Shown piece by piece: positions 21,080 through 31,317 of a stretch of DNA of 64,000 nt. Position numbers and translations under genes: made by a program. The number at the start of each line of letters is the position of its first letter. Positions within the stretch are counted from its first letter, which is position 1. The DNA is taken from positions 1,240,001 to 1,304,000 of the forward strand of contig OZ251225.1 in NCBI GenBank assembly GCA_965240325.2. Direction: 5' to 3'. The stretch comes from Rebecca billardiae RCC1528. Taxonomy: Eukaryota > Protista > Haptophyta. Below the pieces are notes generated by a model. It saw nothing but the letters and a program-made list of their open reading frames with translations. It did not search any database and was not told the origin of the DNA.

Positions 21080-22594
21080 TCAGCGCTCGTCGCCACTGCT
21101 CTGCTCGAACAAGTCTTGGAGCTCGCTGCCGCTGCTCACCTCGGGTCCTTCGCGCTCACCCGCGTCGCTGAACACGCCCGCGCCGAGCGTCACATACGTG
21201 AGGTGCGCCGGGCGCGTCTTCTTGCCAACGAGGAAGGCGAGCGCGCTGAGCATGTCCGCCACGCACAGCCGGTCCCCGCACGCGTCGTGGAAGCTCAGCT
21301 CGAGCGCCTCGAGGCCGACGGGCGCGGTCGGCGCGGCGCGGCGGCCGCGCGGCGCGTCTGGCGACAGGGCGGCATACGCGCGCTCCACGGAGCCCGCCGC
21401 CTCGGGCGCGAGGCGCAATTGCACGCGCACGGCGCAGAAGGGCAGCAGGTGCTCCGCCTCGCCGCGCCCGCCTGGCGCGTGGGGGCGCAGCTGCGTCGGC
21501 AAGGTGAGCAGCTCGGCGCCGCGCCCCTTGGAGTGGATCACGTGCAGGCTGAGCGCCGGGAGCTCGACTGTGGCCGCATTCTCCGGGAGGAACGCACACG
21601 GCCGCTCAGTCGGCGCGAAGAGCTCCTCCGCGGGCCCCACCTCGCCGTCTCGCACGCGGCGCGCCGCATCCGCCAGCCCAAAGGTGAGCGTGGCCGGCGC
21701 AGCGAGCGCGCGCGCCGTCGCCGCGGGCGCGTCCTCGGCGGTGCCGTCGAAGCCCGGCTTGACGAGCAGCGGCAGCCCGCACAGCTGCAGCACGAACCAG
21801 TAGCTCCGATTCCACCCCGGGCGGAAGGCGTGGTACGGGTCGTGGAACTCGGCGCGGTGGGAGCCGCCGCAGTGCACGCGAAAAGCGCGCGCCTCGCGCG
21901 TGCACTGCAGCACCTTGAGCACAGCGGGGCGCAGCCCGGCGCGCGGCGCGGCGAGGCCACGCGCGAGCGCGCGGTACGAGCGCACGGCGCCCGCGTCTGT
22001 CATTGCACGCAGCGCAGGCCAGCGCTCGAGACAGGCGCCCTCCCAGAGCGCCTCCGACGCGGCGGCCTCCGCCCACGCGCGCGACAGCGTCGCGGCGCGG
22101 CACACGTCGAGCATGCGCGCGCGCATGTGCCAGAGCACGCGCTCGAGGACGCGCGGCTCGGCGGGGAAGGGCGCGCGCCTCCCAGTCGGCCGAGGTGGCA
22201 CGTCGGGCGCGCGCTGCCGCAGGTGCGCCGCGCGAAACTTGGCGCGCACGACCGCCATGCCCTCGCGCGCCTCCTCGGCCTCCCGGCGCGCCTCCGCCGA
22301 CGCCTCCTCGTCCTCCTCGACCTCGGCGTGGGGGCCGGCGCTCGCCACCGCGGCCATCGCTTGGAGCAGCGCGTGTGGGCCAATCATACCCATCAGCATG
22401 CCCATGAGCGCCGCGTTCGGCGCCGCGTCCCCGTCCGAGCTGCTGTCCGAGTGGCTCTCAAAGTCGTCGCCCGAGCTGTCCGAAGCCTCGCCGGACCAGT
22501 CGCCTTCCTCGTCGCCGCTCTCGCTGTCGGCGAGCTCGCCTTTCTTGTCCTCGTCGATGGGCCGCGAAGCGGGGCCCCTTAAAATGCGGACCAT
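21080..22594 (-). CDS. F-box protein with acidic N-terminus
   Basis: EPRVLERVLWHM..LDVCRAATLSRAWAEAAASEALWEGACLERWP is an F-box plus its typical following helix. Confidence 0.75.
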   Translation of the reverse strand: MVRILRGPASRPIDEDKKGELADSESGDEEGDWSGEASDSSGDDFESHSDSSSDGDAAPNAALMGMLMGMIGPHALLQAMAAVASAGPHAEVEEDEEASAEARREAEEAREGMAVVRAKFRAAHLRQRAPDVPPRPTGRRAPFPAEPRVLERVLWHMRARMLDVCRAATLSRAWAEAAASEALWEGACLERWPALRAMTDAGAVRSYRALARGLAAPRAGLRPAVLKVLQCTREARAFRVHCGGSHRAEFHDPYHAFRPGWNRSYWFVLQLCGLPLLVKPGFDGTAEDAPAATARALAAPATLTFGLADAARRVRDGEVGPAEELFAPTERPCAFLPENAATVELPALSLHVIHSKGRGAELLTLPTQLRPHAPGGRGEAEHLLPFCAVRVQLRLAPEAAGSVERAYAALSPDAPRGRRAAPTAPVGLEALELSFHDACGDRLCVADMLSALAFLVGKKTRPAHLTYVTLGAGVFSDAGEREGPEVSSGSELQDLFEQSSGDER

Positions 22595-24011
22595 CTTCGC
22601 GATGCGGCGCAGGTTGTCCCGGCGCCGACGTCCACGACTGCCTTGCTTGCTGGAAAGCTGGCGTCCGTTTGTTCACCGAACGACTGGTCGAGCTAGCAAG
22701 CCGTGGAACGGCCGGTCGGGGCAGATTCGACACGGATTGGCGGACGTGTGCCCGACAATAATTCGCGAAGTGCAGCCGGATTTCGTCAAGGGTGCTGCGA
22801 CTTCCTGGAAAGGTAGGCTGTGGATCCGACTCTGCACTCCGGAGGCTTATCTCCTAAACCCCTGGACGGGTAAATCCAGGTCCCCCCCCCCCCTGTGTAT
22901 TCCGGGAGGCCGCGACCAGTGTCGTCGCTGAGTCCGGGCGGCGTCGCCAAGCGGCGGCTGGAGGAGCGACGGGCGCGTGAGCGTGGCGGCTCGCGGGTAT
23001 CACCGGCCTTGTGGCACGTAGTCGCGCGTGTGCGCGCCGTCGCATTGCGTGTACAACACCAGAGTGACCAGACGCTGACTCCCATGCCATTGCCACGCCC
23101 TGAAGACTGCCTCCGCACCTTGTGTCTGCGTTCAAATGCTCACGAAGCTGGCTCGCGCCGCTTGTGGCAGTGCCTAGCGTGCAAGAAGCTGCTACAAGTG
23201 GTTCCATAGCACTCAAGACCCGGCCGTCACGCATGGGGCTAGTCGGGTAGGCTTATCTGTGCTATGGGCGACCAGGAAAGCAGCTCGATCAGTGATCCGT
23301 GACTCTGGAAATGTCGTGCGGCACACACCGTTTGAAATGCGAGAGCGCGACGCGTGCCTAACGTGACCTCTTTCAGGCGGCGTGCGGGGTCGGAAGTCCA
23401 GCGCGCGTGTACGTATACATTGTGCATACATACCCCCACCTCCCCGAGCCATCTCATCGCGCCCAGGCTCCCCACATGCCGAGTCGGCTGGCAGGAAGTG
23501 ACCGCTCGGCACAAGCTCAAGCCCGCAAGTGGTTGCGCGCGCCAACCGCAAGGGCGACGAGCGAGGAGAGACATCAGCGGGCTGCTTTGTCGACGTTCCC
23601 CTACGTCTTGGGGCCCGCCCCGCCCAGCGTGCCGCCACGGAACGCCCCGCAATCGACCGCTAGGACGCTCGGCGAGCACGCACCCACCGCCGCCACGGCA
23701 GCCGTCCCCCGAGCCAGGGGTGTAGGGGACAAGCCGGAGGAGTGCTCCGAGGGGGCCGGACAGGTCGCTCACAGCGCAGGCAGGTGTTTGGCGTGGCTGC
23801 ACTCTCGAGGTGGCTGGGATGCAACATCCAGGTGCAGCACCCTCCCCGTGTGGTGTCAGAGCGCGCTCTCGAGCGCGTGCCTCCGAGCGCGGGGCGGCCG
23901 CTTGCTGCAATGGCCGCCTCGATGAGGTGCGGCAACGCGCCCCTCACCTGCCTGCGCCGGTCTGTTTTGTGGCGGTGTCTTTGTGCAGTGTTGGATGGCG
24001 TTAATCACGCC

Positions 24012-24046
24012 TTAACCAAGTGTGCACGTTAAATCATAGTAAACTG
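24012..24046 (-). mobile_element. Transposon terminal repeat (CAGTTTAC family) followed by TA
   Basis: Its reverse complement matches 16953-16987 at 33 of 35 positions. Confidence 0.75.
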
Positions 24047-24175
24047 TAAAGGCGGACCCGCCGCATGGCGCCGGCCAACGCGAGACGACTACGTAAGCAG
24101 CAGCGGTACAGTTAGTAGTACTTGTACAGGCGGTGGCAGCGTCGGATCGGCAGGGGCGCGCACGTCCGTGCGCGA

Positions 24176-25173
24176 TCATGGCGTGGGTCGGGCACGCGCC
24201 GCACGGAGGCAGCGAGTGAGCGCGCCGCCGCCCGGCCTACTGCCCGTGTGCGAGTCCGAGCGGTGTCGCGCAGCGAGGGCACGTGCGCGCCACGTGCACG
24301 AGCGGCCCGGCGCGCGGTGCGCGCAGCGTGCGCAGCACGGTGGCGGGTTCGGTGGGCGTGCCGAGCGGCGGCGGCGACCTGCGCGCGCCTGCGCCCTGCG
24401 CCGCGCCGGGTAGCACCTCGCCGCCTCCCACCACTCGACCTCTGCCGTGATCCGATCTACCGCGCTCGCCGCGCCATGGTCGATGGCAATGGCAAACGCG
24501 GCGCGCAGCTCGACGTCGATGCGCGCCGCCATGCTGGGCGCGATCGCCCCGCGTGGCCCCGCGGTGAAGAGCACGTCGGCGAGCAGCGGCGGTGCGGCAC
24601 GTGCGAGGTCGGGCGTGCGGCGTGGCAGTTCCCCCTCCTCTGGGTACGAGTCATCGCTCAGCGGCGCGGCGGGCGCGCCGGCGAGAGCGGCGAGCGCGGG
24701 CGGCATGACAGGCGTGGCGGGCCTGACGCGCGTTGCGGGCAATGCGGCCTTTGCCTTGTCGGCGTCGGCATCGGCCGCCGCCTCCTCCGCCGCTACGGCG
24801 TCCGCCGTGGCCGCCACCTCGGCCGCCGCCACCTCGGTGGCCGCGCCGCCCGGAGTGGCGAGCTCGCCGCCGACGGCAAGGCTGAGGCGCTGCGGCAGCG
24901 CCGAGATGTTGCGCACGCTCAGGCTGAGCGCATACACGCGCCCCGTGGGCACCTGCCCAAAGGCGAGCTCGGCCGGCTCGACGATCAGCGCCTGCGCGCG
25001 GTGCAGCCGTGGGCGCGGGGCGGCACGGCGATCAGTGGGCGCGCGCGCCGCCGCAGACGCGCGCGCAGCGCACGCACCCTCGGTACAGCGCCGTACTCCC
25101 CCGTACTAGCTCGAGCGCGCGACTGCGGGGATGCCGCGCTTGACGGGTAGCTCGAGCTGCAGCGCATGCTCAT
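24176..25173 (-). CDS. Protein with ASH/Ig-like (Hydin/CFAP-type) domain, spliced; boundaries uncertain
   Basis: ALIVEPAELAFGQVPTGRVYALSLSVRNIS...GAIAPSMAARIDVEL follows an acceptor at 24992. Predicted intron 24992-25077. The 5' and 3' exons are not resolved. Confidence 0.5.
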
Positions 25174-25452
25174 GTAGCCCCGCCGGCTGGCATCGCGCGC
25201 GAGACGGTGGCCGCGTGCCGCAGTGGGCGCGCGCGAATGTCCGCGAGCCACTGAGCGACGAGTCGGTGAAGCAGTGCACGTATTGCCTGTCACGTAGATC
25301 GGCCGGCGACAGCGGCGGTGCCGCGTGCGGCTCCGTGCCGAGGGACTCCGTGCGCACGGGTGCGTGCAAGTCGTACGACGTAGCCTGCTGCGCTAGCTTA
25401 GCCGATACGCCTACTGTAGCTACTGACAGTTAACTACGACGGAGTATAGCTA

Positions 25453-27071
25453 TGACCGCGTTCCGCGGTCCTTTTCCGTAGAACGAACGTAGTTCGGGGC
25501 CCGCGGTGGCGGTGCACCCTCCGTCGCAGTCGTCTATTGACAGACCAGTTGCATACCCGTACAACTAGACTCCAGCGGCGCGCCGCTGCGCCCCGGTGCC
25601 GGCGCCGGGCGCGGGCCCATCGCAGCCGCCGGCGCCGGCGCCCGGATTGTGTACAGGCGGATGCGACGAGGCGTGATCGACGCATGAGCGCGACTCCACG
25701 TGCACGCCAGGCCACGTGGAGCTGACAGCCAGGGAACACGGTGCGGGGCCGCGGATTCGTTCGGGCCGCTGCTGCTGACCGCGCTGTAGTCTGTCGTCAC
25801 CGCGCGCCGCCGGGCAGCGCCAGCCAGGAGTAGATGATTTGCACTGGTCCGAGTAGGGTTCGACCAGCGCCTGCGCGACGGCCGACAGGCGGGCGCGAGG
25901 CGTGATCGACGCATGAGCGCAACTCTATCTACGTGCACGCCAGGCCACGCGGAGCAGACAGCCAGAGGGAGCACTGTGTGTGCCGAGGTGCGAGGGCACC
26001 GGTGATTGTTATTCACTCCGCACGCCGCGGTTGCACTGTGACACGGGGTCACGGGGTGACACACCTCGGTCAGGCTCGGCACGCGTCGCAGAGGCACGGC
26101 CAGCTCTGGGGACGTCGCGCACCACCGTCGTCCGCGCCGCAGCTCGTCCTCCTAGGTCCGCCCGTCCAGCGCTGCAGACAGACTTGCCGGCGCGGGCCGA
26201 GAGTGCCGGCACGGAACAGATCGATGGATTCGGGTTGGCGCGCCTGCTCTGAAGAAGAGTTCTGGGAGACCCTGGCGGAGAGGCATGACAAGGGGGGCGT
26301 GTGGTGAAGTCGGAGACTCAGAGATCGATCAGTCCGGCATCAGTCAGGCGCCGCTGCCCCCGAGCTTGCGAGAGCCCGAACAAAGGGCGGCGGCTGCGCT
26401 GACGCGCGGCCCCGGCCGCGCAGGCATCGACAGGGCGGCAGGGGCGCGCGGAGTGACTAGTGAGCGGGGCACGAACACGATGTCGACGGCCGTCGGGACC
26501 CGCCGCAGACGCGCGCTGCAGGCGCCACTGGCCGCGCGCACCTGCCCATCGCCTGCCCTTGCTTGGAGGCGAGAGTCGCGCGGCGCTGGCACCTCCGCCA
26601 ACGGGCTCCGCAAACCTGCTGCCTTGCGACGACGGCGAGTAAGAGTTTTGAGGCTCGCCAGCTCGGTGCGTCGATCAGTGACTATGAAATGGGCTGGCGA
26701 CGAATAGCTGCGGGTATTTTTTCAATGTCTCGCAGTATTGGAGTTGGTGAGAGTCGTTCTTGCGGCGGCGAGGCCCATATTTATTTACTATGGTCACACA
26801 TGAACGACTGAGTCCACCCGTAATTACTCACCCTGGCACACTTGGGCGTGGGTTTCGTTGATTCCTCTGTTCACTATTCAAGACGGCGGACGCGCCCTTT
26901 TTCGACGAGGATGCACCTGTAAGGGAGTCTTAAAATTCGAAACTCGGTCTCCTCCAGCCCTGAAAATCGTCCCCCGTCCCTTTTTTCTTTGATCAAAGAT
27001 CTTTTTGAAACGTGGTTCGGGCCCGCTGGTGCGGGCTCCACGCTGCGCGCTCCGCCCTGCACCGCGGGCCA
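25453..27071 (-). mobile_element. Non-autonomous element with asymmetric inverted repeats and terminal hairpin (copy A; Helitron2/Helentron-like)
   Basis: Hairpin GACCGCG-TTC-CGCGGTC at 25454-25470, subterminal GGCCCGCGGTG at 25498, inverted TGCACCGCGGGCC at 27058-27070, TA on both flanks. Both ends are homologous to 58336-59908. Confidence 0.78.
25655..25970 (+). repeat. Two ~80-bp imperfect direct repeats inside copy A
   Basis: CGAGGCGTGATCGACGCATGAGCGC...CGTGCACGCCAGGCCACG at ~25655-25736 and ~25886-25970. Confidence 0.85.
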
Positions 27072-27611
27072 TAACGCTATATATGTACTTGATGGGTACG
27101 CGATGAGTGACGACGTAAAAGAATTCCGAAAGTAAGACTACGACTGACTATAGTACGATGAGTCGTTGACGCGTTCTGACACGATGCATAGTGCCACCGG
27201 GCCGCGAGACGGGCTCCGTCGTATAACTTTAATATGATGGCGCCTGACTCCGTGAATTCAATGTGATCACGAGTCACGACTAACAGGCCGTATTTAATAT
27301 ATATATATATATCGCGTCGTCGCGCCATGCCGAATTATAAATAATATTAATTGCCGAATGATCATGATGATCATAATTCATATCATCAGCGCTTATTCAG
27401 CGCTATCGATCGATCTGCTTCGGACAACTTCCGACGACTCAGACCGACTGCTCACTACTCACTACTACTCAGGTCGACAGAGGGCGAGGCAGGACCAGGT
27501 CAGAGTGCCAGACCCAGTAGTAGACAGTAAAGTCTAGTAGCATCTGAAGAGTGATGATCCGCCTCATCACGGCACGGCAGCGGGGGCGCGCCGGCCCCGG
27601 TCGTTCGACGA

Positions 27612-28511
27612 CTACGTCCTGGCCGACTTCTCCGCCCGAGCGAGAACCCACTGCGCGATGTGCTCGATGAGCTTGGCACGATCCGCGGGTGGCTCGTTGA
27701 GCAGCTCGTGGAAGTGGTCATCCAGCCGCACGATCTCGAGATCGAGCGACGGCTGCGCGCTCGATGCAACCGAGCTCATCGCCTCCGCGAGCCGGTCCGT
27801 CGCGGCGCAGTCGACGATCCTGTCCGTGCCCGCGTACATGAGGAGCATGGGCGTGGGGAAGTTGCCCTCCTGCGCGCGCGCGTGCACCTCGGCCTGCGCG
27901 TCGTAGGCTTCGACGATCCAGCGGGGGGTTGCACCGTCGAACAGCAGCTTGTCCTGGGCGTGCGCCGCGATCATGTCGGGGTCCCGCATGAGGTTCTTGC
28001 CCTTGATGCCGTTCGGGATCGGAGCAGCGGGCACGCAGCTCGACAAGCACCGCATGAGAGCCACGACGGGCGTGGCAGGCTGCGGGTTGAAGCCCAAGAA
28101 GGGCGAGCTCACGACGGCGCCCTGCACACCGAATCCAGCGCCCCGTCCTGACGCGGAGTAGTGCAGCCAGATGAGGCCCCCGTTCGAGTGAGCGAGCACG
28201 AAGAGGGGGCTGCCGCCGCTGATGGTCCTGGCGTGAGCGAGAAGCGCATCGACGTCCTGGTGGAAATCCGTGTACGTCTTGACGAAGCCGCGCCGCCCGT
28301 CGGAGCCGCCGTGGCCTCGGAGGTCGATGCCGATCACATTGATGCCCTTTGCGTTGAGGGCTTCGGCGACGTGAGCAAAGCGCGACACGTGCTCTGCGTA
28401 GCCGTGCAAGATGGCCACGGTCGCAGCTGCGGGCTTTGTGCGCGCATGCCACTCGTATCCCACCAGCCGCGTGCCGTCATGGGCATGGGTCTCGAACTCC
28501 GCCGCCGGCAT
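27612..28511 (-). CDS. Monoacylglycerol lipase/lysophospholipase (alpha/beta hydrolase, Hydrolase_4)
   Basis: HGYAEH, DLRGHG.SDG.RG, nucleophile elbow AHSNGG, catalytic Asp (GTDRIVD) and His (FHELLNE). Confidence 0.92.
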   Translation of the reverse strand: MPAAEFETHAHDGTRLVGYEWHARTKPAAATVAILHGYAEHVSRFAHVAEALNAKGINVIGIDLRGHGGSDGRRGFVKTYTDFHQDVDALLAHARTISGGSPLFVLAHSNGGLIWLHYSASGRGAGFGVQGAVVSSPFLGFNPQPATPVVALMRCLSSCVPAAPIPNGIKGKNLMRDPDMIAAHAQDKLLFDGATPRWIVEAYDAQAEVHARAQEGNFPTPMLLMYAGTDRIVDCAATDRLAEAMSSVASSAQPSLDLEIVRLDDHFHELLNEPPADRAKLIEHIAQWVLARAEKSART

Positions 28512-28626
28512 CGTCGTTTTGGGCGGGTGCGGAGCTTGGAGCCGAGCGAGCGCCGAGCGGGCGCACGGGCGCGCGCCAGCGCTCGCCGGCGTGCGTCACC
28601 GCCTCTCCGGCCTCGTCATCACGGCG

Positions 28627-30866
28627 ATGGCGGCGGCGGCGCCTTGGGCGATCTTCATTGTCGCTGCAGGCGTCGCCGCGGCGGTGGTGGCGGCGATCGC
28701 ACGTCTCCTCGCCAGCCTCGCGCTTCGACGGAGCCACACCGGCCCTCGCGCACCCTTCGACATCTGCATCGTGACCGCATCCAACCCGCAGCAGGCGTCG
28801 CTCTTCCGCGAGATGGTCGCGCGGCGGCGCGCGAGGTACCCACCCGGCTTGCGCTTCAAGTTCTACTCCGATCCGCCGGGCGGCCGCGTGGGCAGCGGAG
28901 GCGGCACGCTCGTCGCGCTCGCGTCGCTCGTGCGCGACGAGCTCGGCGTGCGCCGCGTCGACCCGGACACCGTGCGCGCGTTCCTCGCGTCGGTGCGCGT
29001 GCTGCTCATCCACGCCGGCGGCGAGAGCCGCCGCTTGCCGTGCTACGTGCCCGAGGGCAAGCTGTTCGCGCCGGTCCCGCCGATACGCCGGCTCGCGCGC
29101 GGCGCGGCGCAGCCCTCCGCCGCGCCCACCGCCGCGCCCGCCATCCTCGACCTGATGCTCGACCTCTATCTCTCCGGCCGCTACCCGTGGCCGCGGCCGG
29201 GCGCGGGCGAGGGCGCGGTGGTACTGGCGTCCGGCGACGCGATTGTCGACTTCGACGGCGCGGCGCTGCTCGGCGGTGCCGACGCGGCCGGCGAGCCGCG
29301 ACGGCGCGCGGATATCTGCGGCTTTGGCTGCCCGGCGCCCTTCTCGCAGGGGGCGCGCCACGGCGTGTTTGAGCTGCGCGCCGAGAGCGGCGGCGCGGGC
29401 GGGGGCCGCCTCTTCGAGGTTGCGGATTTCCATCAGAAGGCACCGGCCGCCCGCCTCGCCGCGCGCGCGCGGATCCCGGCCAGCGCGGCGCACGACGCGC
29501 CGGCGTGCGCGGCCGCCGAGGGCGCGTGCGCCCTCGACATCGGCGTGTTCGCGCTCTCGGCCGAGTGGTGCGCCGCCCTCTTTGGCGCGGCCGCCGAGCC
29601 GCTCGTCGAGCTGCGGCGGCGCGGGAGCGGCGAGGGCGGCGGCTCGGCCGAGCCGCCGACGCTGCTCGAGGCGGTCGAGCGCGCGTCGATCTCGTTCGAC
29701 TTTTACCTGGAGGCGGTGAGCGCGTGCGTGCCGCGCGCGGGCGGCGAGAACGAGTACGTCTCGCTCATGTGCGCGCAGGGCTCGGCGCTGCCGATGGACG
29801 GCATGCGCGCGCTGTACCGCCACCTGCGCCGCTTTGCGCTGCACGCCGCGCTGCCCCCGCGCGCGCTCTTCGTGCACTTCGGCTCGCTGTCCGAGTACTC
29901 CGACGCGTGCGCGCGCGTGCTCGAGCGCGAGGCGCGCGACGCTGGCGGCACCGCGCGCGCCGCCGACCGCGCGCACGTGCTGCTCGTCAACAGCGACGAT
30001 GTGCGCGTGCGCACCGAGCGCTCGCCCGCAGTCGTGCCGCCCGCGCCGGCCGCGCCGGTTCCACCGGCTGGCGCGCAGCCCAACGGCCACGCCTCGCCCC
30101 TGCCGCTCGTCGAGATGTGCTCGCACTGCACGCTCACGTTCGGCACACCGGTCGGCGCGCGCCCGGCGCCGCAGCTGCTCGTCGGCCTGACCGACTTCCA
30201 CGCGCCCTCGCCCATCCCGCCCGGGATCTGCCTCGACGGGCGCAGGCTGGCGCTCGCGCCCGGCCGGCCGAGCGTGCGCGTGGTGCTCGTGTACTCGGGC
30301 GCGGACAGCTTCAAGCGCGTCGCGCACGTGAAGGACGCGCTGTTCTGCGGGCGGCCGCTGCTCGCGTGGCTGGCAGCGCGTGGGCTGCCCGCCGCGCTCG
30401 TGCTGGGCGAGGCGGTGAGTGCGCGCGGCCCCCGCCCGAGTCCGATCGCGCCGCCGCCAGGCGCGGCACGAGCCGCGCGCACCGCCTCACGTCTCCCGCC
30501 GCGGCGCACCCATCCGTCCCCGTCCCCGCCCTGCGGCGTCGCTGCCACCACCGCCTGCGCGCGCGCGCGCAGGCGGAGGGCGGCGCGCCCTTTGAGCTGT
30601 GGGACGCGCCCCTCTTCTGCTGCGCGCCGTGCGCCGCCGACGCGTCGTTCGTGGCGGGCTACTGGGACGCGGAGAAGGCGTGCTCGGCCGCGTGGGTGGA
30701 CGCGTTCCTCGCGGCGCCGCGGCTGAGCCTGCGCCAGGTGAACGCGCGCGAGAATGTGCTCGAGCGTGATGCGATGCGCACGCAGCTCTTCAACGCGGGC
30801 CGGCCACCAGCCTCGTCTGCTGAGGTGCACTCGTGCTTGGTGCCACTCGCGGACAAGTTCTTGTGA
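28627..30866 (+). CDS. Fucose-1-phosphate guanylyltransferase-like protein (FPGT/L-fucokinase N-terminal domain) with N-terminal membrane anchor
   Basis: DPPGGRVGSGGGT, VLLIHAGGESRRLP, GKLFAP, ASGD, HGVF, FHQK, FVHFG. Intron 30415-30572 joins to the exon AEGGAPFELWDAPLF. No GHMP kinase domain follows. Confidence 0.82.
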
Positions 30867-31317
30867 CGAGAATGACTGGCGACGACGATGTCACATACGA
30901 TGATGAGATAATTTCCTGCCGTCCGATATCCCAGCTTTTGTACGTATAGTTATTCACTCTGGTCTCTGCTGGTGAGTGGTGACGTAACTTCGCCGCCATA
31001 TATATTCGTCGCCGTCGTCCTGACGGTCACGTAGCGTATCATACGACCCGCGCGTTCATCGCGCGTCATACCGCCCGATGAGTGCGCGCTGATCGTCATA
31101 TGCTGACGATGCATGACGATATGACGACGATATATATGCGCGCTGATGGGCGCTGCTGCTGATGATGAGTGATGAGCCGACACTATGACTCATGCATCAT
31201 GATGAGCGCGGCAGCAGCTGCCGCCGCGCGCCCAACTCGGGCAACTGTCAACTGATGATGTCTGATATACCCGTCTACCCGTCGCCGGTGCTTCATCCCG
31301 ATCATCTGCGCCTGGCC

